In this document: positions 26,126 to 32,000 of the stretch, in pieces
How the letters are laid out: each line of letters opens with the position of its first letter
How positions within the stretch are numbered: position 1 is the stretch's first letter
Origin: Raphidiopsis brookii D9
GTDB lineage: Bacteria > Cyanobacteriota > Cyanobacteriia > Cyanobacteriales > Nostocaceae
DNA: 32,000 nt
Direction of reading: 5' to 3'
Assembly: GCA_000175855.1 (NCBI GenBank)
Contig: ACYB01000035.1
Coordinates: 210,001-242,000 of the forward strand
The notes under the pieces: model-generated
Told to the model about the DNA's origin: nothing
What the model saw: only the letters and a program-made list of their open reading frames with translations
Database searches by the model: none
Position numbers and translations under genes: made by a program

Positions 26126-26152
26126 GGAGTACACCGCAAACGGTTGTACTCC
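26126..26152. terminator. hairpin between convergent gifA and glnA (candidate bidirectional terminator)
   Basis: GGAGTACACCG-CAAA-CGGT(T)GTACTCC forms an 11-bp stem with one bulged T. It is followed by TATTGTTG on the plus strand and TTAATATTTT on the minus strand. Confidence 0.45.
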
Positions 26153-26236
26153 TATTGTTGTCTGTATCTAGCTGTATGTAGCAGCAAAAGGTATGTTAGT
26201 GGAGTTGGGAGAAAGATTCCTAGAAGAAGATTGGCA

Positions 26237-27670
26237 TTAGCAATCGTAATAAAGGAAAAATTCGTAGGGGTGAGGACGTAACTGCAACTGCTTGACCTCA
26301 TTTGCTAGCTTGTAGTCAATCCAATTTTGGATGAAATCTTCTGAGAACACACCTGTTTCGGTTAGGAAAGCATGATCATTTTCCAGCGCTTCCAGAGCTA
26401 GTTCCAGAGAACCTGGAGTAGAAGGAATCTTAGCCAGTTCTTCTGGAGAAAGTTCATAGATGTTCTTATCCAAAGGTTCGCCAGGATGAATTTTATTCTT
26501 AATTCCGTCAATACCAGCACAAAGCATGGCAGCAAAAGCTAAGTAGGGATTAGAAGTAGCATCTGGGCAGCGGAATTCTAAACGTTTAGCTTTAGGATTG
26601 TCTCCACTTAAAGGAATACGTACAGAAGCAGAACGGTTACCTTGAGAATAAGCTAAGTTAACAGGTGCCTCGTAACCAGGAACAAGACGTTTGTAAGAGT
26701 TAGTAGTTGGATTTGTAATCGCTAGTAGAGCAGGAGCATGTTTAAGAATGCCACCGATATAGTAAAGACCCATATCACTCATACCTGCATATTTATCACC
26801 GGCAAATAAGGGCTTGCCATCTTTCCAAATAGACTGGTGACAGTGCATACCAGAGCCATTATCACCAAAAATGGGTTTAGGCATGAAGGTAACAGTCTTA
26901 CCGTACTTTCTAGCTACGTTTTTGATCACATACTTGTAAGTCATTAACCAGTCAGCAGCTTCTATTAACTTGCCAAAGCGGAAGCCAAGTTCGCACTGAC
27001 CACCTGTAGCCACCTCATGGTGTTGTTTTTCAATCGGGACACCACATTTAGCCATAGTCAACAACATTTCCGTGCGCATGTCGTGGAAGGTATCAGTGGG
27101 GGGCACGGGGAAATAACCTTCCTTAAACCGGGTTTTATAACCTAGGTTAGGACCATCAGCTTCCCCATTTTTACCCTTTCTACCAGTATTCCAACGACCT
27201 TCCACAGAATCTACATGATAGTAACCTTCATTAGCGGTTTGGTCATAACGCACATCATCAAAGATAAAGAATTCTGCTTCTGGACCAAAAAAGGCCGTAT
27301 CACCTATTCCCGTAGTTCCTAAATAATCTATAGCCTTTTGAGCAATCACCCGGGGACAGCGGTTATACCATTCACCCGTGCGGGGTTCTTTAATACTACA
27401 AATAATGCTGAGAGTCGGTTCCTTCATAAAGGGGTCAATCCAAGCTGTGCTGGCATCCAGCACCATGGTCATATCTGACTCTTCAATCCCTTTCCACCCT
27501 CTAATACTAGAGCCATCGAAAGGTACACCACTAGTGAAAGAACTTTCGTCAATTTGATTGTGGTAAACCGTTAGATGTTGCCAGGTTCCGGGTGTGTCTA
27601 TGAACTTGAGATCAATCATTTGAATGTTTTGATCCCGGATCATCTTTAACACTTCTTGTGGGGTTGTCAT
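26237..27670 (-). CDS. glnA: glutamine synthetase type I
   Basis: 477 aa. It has the conserved GSI motifs [25 protein letters not shown] and [17 protein letters not shown], plus the C-terminal YYDC. Confidence 0.97.
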   Translation of the reverse strand: MTTPQEVLKMIRDQNIQMIDLKFIDTPGTWQHLTVYHNQIDESSFTSGVPFDGSSIRGWKGIEESDMTMVLDASTAWIDPFMKEPTLSIICSIKEPRTGEWYNRCPRVIAQKAIDYLGTTGIGDTAFFGPEAEFFIFDDVRYDQTANEGYYHVDSVEGRWNTGRKGKNGEADGPNLGYKTRFKEGYFPVPPTDTFHDMRTEMLLTMAKCGVPIEKQHHEVATGGQCELGFRFGKLIEAADWLMTYKYVIKNVARKYGKTVTFMPKPIFGDNGSGMHCHQSIWKDGKPLFAGDKYAGMSDMGLYYIGGILKHAPALLAITNPTTNSYKRLVPGYEAPVNLAYSQGNRSASVRIPLSGDNPKAKRLEFRCPDATSNPYLAFAAMLCAGIDGIKNKIHPGEPLDKNIYELSPEELAKIPSTPGSLELALEALENDHAFLTETGVFSEDFIQNWIDYKLANEVKQLQLRPHPYEFFLYYDC

Positions 27671-27770
27671 TGTTACTCCTTCTGTAGCCAGTCTTTTAAT
27701 TTACACTAAGCTTTACCTAAGCACTTTAACTGCTGGGGGTTAATTTAGCTCATAATACACCATCTGAAAT

Positions 27771-27812
27771 ATCCTAAAGACTAGATCCCCACCAGGTTGT
27801 ATTGTTTGTTAC
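27771..27812 (-). promoter_or_regulatory. canonical NtcA-activated promoter of glnA (GTA-N8-TAC, N22, TAN3T)
   Basis: The minus strand reads GTAacaaacaaTAC (27812-27799), then exactly 22 nt, then TAGGAT (27776-27771). The predicted TSS is about 95 nt upstream of the glnA ATG. Confidence 0.75.
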
Positions 27813-28028
27813 GATTGTTCAAGTTTTTGGGTTATGTTAAGTTTTTTAACACCATTTTTACAAGATAAGAAACTTTATATGACCAGGGTCAACTTTAACA
27901 TAGAATTCTTATGTAATGGATTATTTGATATTCCCCAGTCCTAAAGGGACGAAAAATATCAAATGAATGGAACCAACTTTAATATCTAATCATAGATAGT
28001 AACTATTAACTATTGGGAGAAACACAGA

Positions 28029-28538
28029 ATGCGCGATGCAGTTACAACTTTAATCAACAGTTATGACCTAGCTGGTAAGTATCTTGACAGAAATGCACTG
28101 GATAGCCTCAGGTCCTATTTTGACAGTGGCACATCCAGGGTTCAAGCTGCTACTGCTATTAATGCTAATGCTGCTGCTATTGTCAAACAAGCTGGGTCCA
28201 AATTATTTGAGGAATTACCAGAGTTAATTCGTCCAGGTGGCAATGCTTACACAACTCGTCGCTATGCTGCTTGCTTGCGCGATATGGACTATTATCTCCG
28301 TTATGCTACTTATGCACTGATTGCAGCCAATATGAACGTGTTAGATGAACGGGTGTTACAAGGTCTTAGAGAAACCTATAACTCCTTGGATGTACCCATA
28401 GGTTCTACCGTGCGTGGCATTCAAATTATGAAAGACCTAGCGAAAGAACAAGCTATAGCTGCTGGTGTGGCTAACGCTGCTTTTGTAGATGAACCTTTTG
28501 ATTACATCACCCGTGAGTTGAGTGAGCAGAACATTTAA
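28029..28538 (+). CDS. apcF: allophycocyanin beta-18 subunit (phycobilisome core)
   Basis: 169 aa. MRDAVTTLINSYD...ELPELIRPGGNAYTTRRYAACLRDMDYYLRYATYAL...VLQGLRETYNSL is the ApcF pattern, including the chromophore-binding Cys in AACLRD. Confidence 0.9.
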   Translation: MRDAVTTLINSYDLAGKYLDRNALDSLRSYFDSGTSRVQAATAINANAAAIVKQAGSKLFEELPELIRPGGNAYTTRRYAACLRDMDYYLRYATYALIAANMNVLDERVLQGLRETYNSLDVPIGSTVRGIQIMKDLAKEQAIAAGVANAAFVDEPFDYITRELSEQNI

Positions 28539-28583
28539 TCAAGTTTAATTAGGATCTGGGAAGAGCTGGAGCTAGGTTAGGTC

Positions 28584-29957
28584 TTACTCCGCTAATTCCC
28601 TTTTGATTTTCCACCCCGGTTTCACCACCTGACGACTTCTAGCTATCACCAAAGCATCATTTTCCACATCTTCTGTAACCGTTGACCCTGCAGCAATATA
28701 TACATCACTGCCTATGGTGATTGGTGCTACTAAAACACTATTGGATCCAGTTTTGGTGCGATCGCCTATTCTAGTTCTGTGTTTTTTCACCCCATCATAA
28801 TTAGCAGTAATTGTTCCCGCACCAATATTCACCTGTGTGCCCGCACTCGTATCACCCAAATAAGAAAGATGGGCCACATTCGAGCGATCGCCTAATTGGG
28901 TATTTTTCAACTCCACAAAATTACCAATACGACAATTTTCCCCAGCTTCCACATGACCACGTAAGTGAGCGAAGGGTCCTATTTTTGTTCCTTGTTCTAC
29001 AAAACTATCTGTGATTACGGAATATAGAGCCGTAACATTTTCTCCTATTTGACTATTCTCGATTAAACTTCCAGGTCCAATGCGACTACCAGAGCCAATT
29101 AAAGTTTTTCCTCGCAGATGGGTTTGAGGTTCAATAATCACATCTGGTTCCATTTCCACAGTTTCATCAATAGTAACACTACTTGGGTCTGTGATGGTCA
29201 CCCCTGCTAGGAGCCATTTTTCCTTGATGCGTTGTTGCAAAAGCTGATAAGCATCAGCCAATTGTCGTCGGTCATTAATTCCCCAAATTTCCCGTTCATC
29301 ACTCACATCCACGGCCATCACCTTACCGACTTGAACCACCGCATCAGTGAGATAATATTCCTTTTGCACATTATTATTATCCAAATGGGGTAGTATGGTT
29401 GCTAGTTTTTGCCAATTAAAGCAATAAATACCGGCATTAACGCGATTATTTTTTCTTTGTATATGGGTACAATCTTTATGTTCAACCATTTGGTGCACTA
29501 TTTGATTATCATCGCAAAAAACTCTGCCATAACCATCCGGTTGAGCTAGATTAGCAGTCAGGATAGTACAAGCGTTGTCATGTTCCTGATGAGTTTGTAG
29601 TAACTGCTGTAAAGTTTCAGTTTTGAGTAGGGGAACATCACCATTTAAAATGAGCAAATTACCATCATAATCAGATAAATAAGGAAGCAGTTGTTGAATA
29701 GCATGACCAGTACCCAGTTGTACAGATTGCTCCACAAACTCCAAATCAGAATGTTTATCCGAATTTTTACTTAAAGCACCCTTAACCATTTGGGATTCAT
29801 ATCCAACAATCACAAACTTCCTAGTAGGTGCTAGAGGTTGAACACTGTCAATTACCCTTTCCACCAAAGACTTACCACCTAGAGGATGTAATACCTTAGG
29901 GAGCCGGGATTTCATTCTTGTACCTTTACCAGCTGCGAGAATTGCTACTGCTACCAT
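28584..29957 (-). CDS. glmU: bifunctional UDP-N-acetylglucosamine diphosphorylase / glucosamine-1-phosphate N-acetyltransferase
   Basis: 457 aa. The N-terminal [23 protein letters not shown] nucleotidyltransferase motif is followed by C-terminal left-handed beta-helix hexapeptide repeats. Confidence 0.95.
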   Translation of the reverse strand: MVAVAILAAGKGTRMKSRLPKVLHPLGGKSLVERVIDSVQPLAPTRKFVIVGYESQMVKGALSKNSDKHSDLEFVEQSVQLGTGHAIQQLLPYLSDYDGNLLILNGDVPLLKTETLQQLLQTHQEHDNACTILTANLAQPDGYGRVFCDDNQIVHQMVEHKDCTHIQRKNNRVNAGIYCFNWQKLATILPHLDNNNVQKEYYLTDAVVQVGKVMAVDVSDEREIWGINDRRQLADAYQLLQQRIKEKWLLAGVTITDPSSVTIDETVEMEPDVIIEPQTHLRGKTLIGSGSRIGPGSLIENSQIGENVTALYSVITDSFVEQGTKIGPFAHLRGHVEAGENCRIGNFVELKNTQLGDRSNVAHLSYLGDTSAGTQVNIGAGTITANYDGVKKHRTRIGDRTKTGSNSVLVAPITIGSDVYIAAGSTVTEDVENDALVIARSRQVVKPGWKIKRELAE

Positions 29958-30225
29958 AACTAATTTCAGTAAATTTATTTAATAAACTAAAGCCAACCCA
30001 TCCAGGTGGCCAGGGCCATAATACTCACCAACTTCCGACGATTATATAACAAAGTTGCCAATAAGGGGGATTGTTCACAGAGGATGAAACAGCAGTTTTC
30101 AGCTGATCCCCAGGGGAATTTTCCAGGTTACCCCGTGTTTTTGGTGGTTTGACAGGAGTGGAAATACTGACTAAAATCTCAGGCATGGAGCGATCGCTCT
30201 TCTGTTTAGTCTAAACTCCAGCAAT

Positions 30226-30828
30226 ATGAAATCAACTAATATTCACTATACAAAACATCTTATATCTCCATATGATCGTTATCTAAAGAATGGTCATAAA
30301 AGCGGGATTCTATGGTTTACTGGACTGTCCGGGGCTGGTAAAACAACATTGGCTTTAAAATTAGAGCAGACTTTGTTCGAGAAAGGATGGTCTACCTTTG
30401 TTTTAGATGGTGATAGTGTTCGTCATGGACTGTGTTCCGATTTAGGATTTTCTGCTAGTGATCGCTCAGAAAATATCCGTCGTTTGGGTGAGGTTGCCAA
30501 ACTCTTTGCGGAGTCAGGATGCCTAGTGATCACTGCCTTCATCTCACCCTACAGGAATGACCGAGAACAGGTGCGTAGACTAGCTGGAGATCTATTTCAT
30601 GAAGTATACATTGCAACTCCACTGGAACTTTGTGAGCAGCGTGATCCGAAAGGTCTTTATCTAAAAGCACGCAGTGGGGAAATAGATGGATTTACGGGAA
30701 TCAGCGCCCCTTATGAACCACCCAATAGCCCAGATTTATGGGTGGAAACATCCGAACTCACCGTCGAGGAAAGCCTAGAACAACTACTCAAATACGTGGA
30801 AAACAAATTCACAATTTTCAAACAATAG
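30226..30828 (+). CDS. cysC: adenylyl-sulfate (APS) kinase
   Basis: 200 aa with P-loop FTGLSGAGKTT, LDGDSVRHGL, ENIRRLGEVAKLF and FISPYR. Confidence 0.93.
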   Translation: MKSTNIHYTKHLISPYDRYLKNGHKSGILWFTGLSGAGKTTLALKLEQTLFEKGWSTFVLDGDSVRHGLCSDLGFSASDRSENIRRLGEVAKLFAESGCLVITAFISPYRNDREQVRRLAGDLFHEVYIATPLELCEQRDPKGLYLKARSGEIDGFTGISAPYEPPNSPDLWVETSELTVEESLEQLLKYVENKFTIFKQ

Positions 30829-30987
30829 ATTATAGCTGATTTATAAAGAAAATCTAAATAGAACTCAATATGGCTTAACTTAGGTGATAGGCTAGGTCAA
30901 AGATAGATATTTTGCGATCAATACCTTTCTTCATACACGATGGTGTATGGCTACAAACATTGTTAATACATTTGAACTATACAACTC

Positions 30988-32000
30988 GTGAAAAGGCTCA
31001 CTTTATTAATTATAGCGGGGATATTATCTGTTAGTACATTTTTATGTATAATTCCTGTTGCATTAGCAAATATAACTGACTATTATTTGAAGAATGAAAA
31101 GCTTTCTGGGCAATTTAGTGTTCCGGTTAATTTGTCCGTAGGAGTGAGATTTGCCCACAGGAGTAGTTATGCTACTGCTATTAACTTCCCAACTGGTCTT
31201 GATGCTGACTCTGTAGCAGTTGGGGATTTCAATAGCGATAGTAAGCTCGACCTGGCTGTTACAAATTGGTTCGACAATAACGTCTCGGTCTTACTGGGAA
31301 ATGGTAATGGGTCTTTTGGCGCAGCCACTAACTTTCCAGTCGGTACTAATCCCGTCTTTGTAGTGACTGGGGATGTAAATGGCGACAGCAAGCTTGACCT
31401 GGCTGTTGCAAATTTTAGTAGCAATAACGTCTCGGTCTTACTAGGAAATGGTAATGGGTCTTTTGGCGCAGCCACTAACTTTTCAGTTGGTACTAACCCT
31501 TATTCTGTAGCCATTGGAGATGTGAATAACGATAGTGAGCTTGACCTTGCTTTTACAAATTGGTTCGACAATAAGGTCTTGGTTTTACTGGGAAATGGTA
31601 ATGGGTCTTTTGGCGCAGCCAGCAGCTTCCCTGTGGATACTTATTCGATTTCCGTAGCGATTGCGGATTTTAATAGCGACAGTAAGCTCGACCTTGCTAT
31701 TACAAATTGGGTCAGCAATAACGTCTCGGTCTTACTGGGAAATGGTAATGGGTCTTTTGGCGCAGCCACTAACTTTCCAGTCGGTACTAATCCCATATTT
31801 GTAGCAACTGGGGATGTAAATGGCGACAGCAAGCTTGACCTGGCTGTTGCAAATACTAGCAGCAATAACGTCTCGGTCTTACTGGGAAATGGTAATGGGT
31901 CTTTTGGCGCAGCCACTAACTTTCCAGCCGGTACTAATCCCTACTCTGTAGCGATTAGAGATGTGAATGGCGACAGTAAACTTGACCTGGCTGTTACAAA
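30988..32000 (+). CDS. secreted FG-GAP/VCBS-repeat (beta-propeller) protein, 5' part (runs off the right edge)
   Basis: I translated this myself; it is absent from the track because the frame never closes. The GTG at 30988 gives the signal peptide M/V-KRLTLLIIAGILSVSTFLCIIPVALA. At least six 49-aa blades follow, of the form DxNxDxKLDLAVxNxxSNNVSVLLGNGNGSFGAATNFPVGTNPxxVAxG. Confidence 0.8.
   Translation, partial: MKRLTLLIIAGILSVSTFLCIIPVALANITDYYLKNEKLSGQFSVPVNLSVGVRFAHRSSYATAINFPTGLDADSVAVGDFNSDSKLDLAVTNWFDNNVSVLLGNGNGSFGAATNFPVGTNPVFVVTGDVNGDSKLDLAVANFSSNNVSVLLGNGNGSFGAATNFSVGTNPYSVAIGDVNNDSELDLAFTNWFDNKVLVLLGNGNGSFGAASSFPVDTYSISVAIADFNSDSKLDLAITNWVSNNVSVLLGNGNGSFGAATNFPVGTNPIFVATGDVNGDSKLDLAVANTSSNNVSVLLGNGNGSFGAATNFPAGTNPYSVAIRDVNGDSKLDLAVT
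31171..32000 (+). repeat. in-frame tandem repeat: 147-bp unit nested in a 441-bp (three-blade) super-repeat
   Basis: The unit starting at 31225 recurs at 31666, and the unit at 31372 recurs at 31813 (offset 441). I count about 12-13 mismatches per 147 bp between units 441 bp apart. The core AATAACGTCTCGGTCTTACTGGGAAATGGTAATGGGTCTTTTGGCGCAGCCACTAACTTTCCAG is almost invariant. Confidence 0.85.

Noticed and set aside
27834-27850. Inverted repeat TGTTAA-gtttt-TTAACA in the glnA/apcF intergenic region, considered as a CRP/NtcA-family site
   Set aside because: The TGT-N11-ACA spacing fits neither the NtcA (TGTA-N8-TACA) nor the CRP (TGTGA-N6-TCACA) consensus. AT-rich palindromes of this size are common by chance here.
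30025-30186. 53-codon minus-strand ORF (MPEILVSISTPVKPPKTRGNLENSPGDQ...) in the glmU-cysC intergenic region
   Set aside because: It has no recognisable family or motifs. A hydrophobic tail appears only in another frame. I cannot support it without conservation or expression data.
31167-31916. Two track ORFs on the minus strand (31167-31475 and 31641-31916), with near-identical products starting MAAPKDPLPFPSKTETLL
   Set aside because: They are antisense shadows of the plus-strand FG-GAP repeat gene. The plus frame gives a coherent signal peptide plus canonical propeller blades. The minus-strand products are repeat-generated and low in complexity.
31171-32000. Regularly spaced repeats that could be mistaken for a CRISPR array
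   Set aside because: The period is 147 bp, in frame and fully coding. There is no short palindromic repeat with unique spacers, and no cas genes are present.

Overview
The window is AT-rich cyanobacterial chromosome. It holds at least 12 copies of the HIP1 octamer GCGATCGC, and the gene content (apcF, glnA, gifA, a patX-like gene) points to a filamentous, probably heterocyst-forming Nostocales genome. Most of it is housekeeping: ppc, glnA, the GS-inactivating factor gifA, apcF, glmU, cysC, the cbiMNQO cobalt ECF transporter, an orphan MalK-like ABC ATPase, a GH116 beta-glucosidase, a lipid hydroxylase, a methyltransferase and a cupin.

Items worth a second look:
1. A 70-codon ORF (24179-24391) encodes a PatX-like RGSGR peptide and is preceded by a TCCGGA (DIF1) motif. 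It sits in the same neighbourhood (apcF-glnA-gifA-methyltransferase-patX) that I recall from Anabaena PCC 7120.
2. A translationally coupled pair (18338-20114) joins an Orc1/Cdc6- or STAND-like P-loop ATPase to a 149-aa protein. That protein looks like the isolated N-terminal module of large cyanobacterial TPR/CHAT conflict proteins. The pair is driven by a near-consensus promoter followed by a perfect palindrome.
3. A vWA - PP2C - Ser/Thr kinase (TerY-P type) triad is cut by the left edge.
4. An MBOAT acyltransferase is translationally coupled to a 971-aa partner. The partner has four cytoplasmic repeats, one TM helix and an SGNH/DUF1574-like domain.
5. There are several decay signatures: recQ broken at a T7 run, an FAD oxidoreductase broken at a G6 run, and an internally deleted AAA ATPase.
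6. An FG-GAP/VCBS repeat gene with nested 147/441-bp tandem DNA repeats runs off the right edge.

I found no tRNA, rRNA, CRISPR array or clear IS element.
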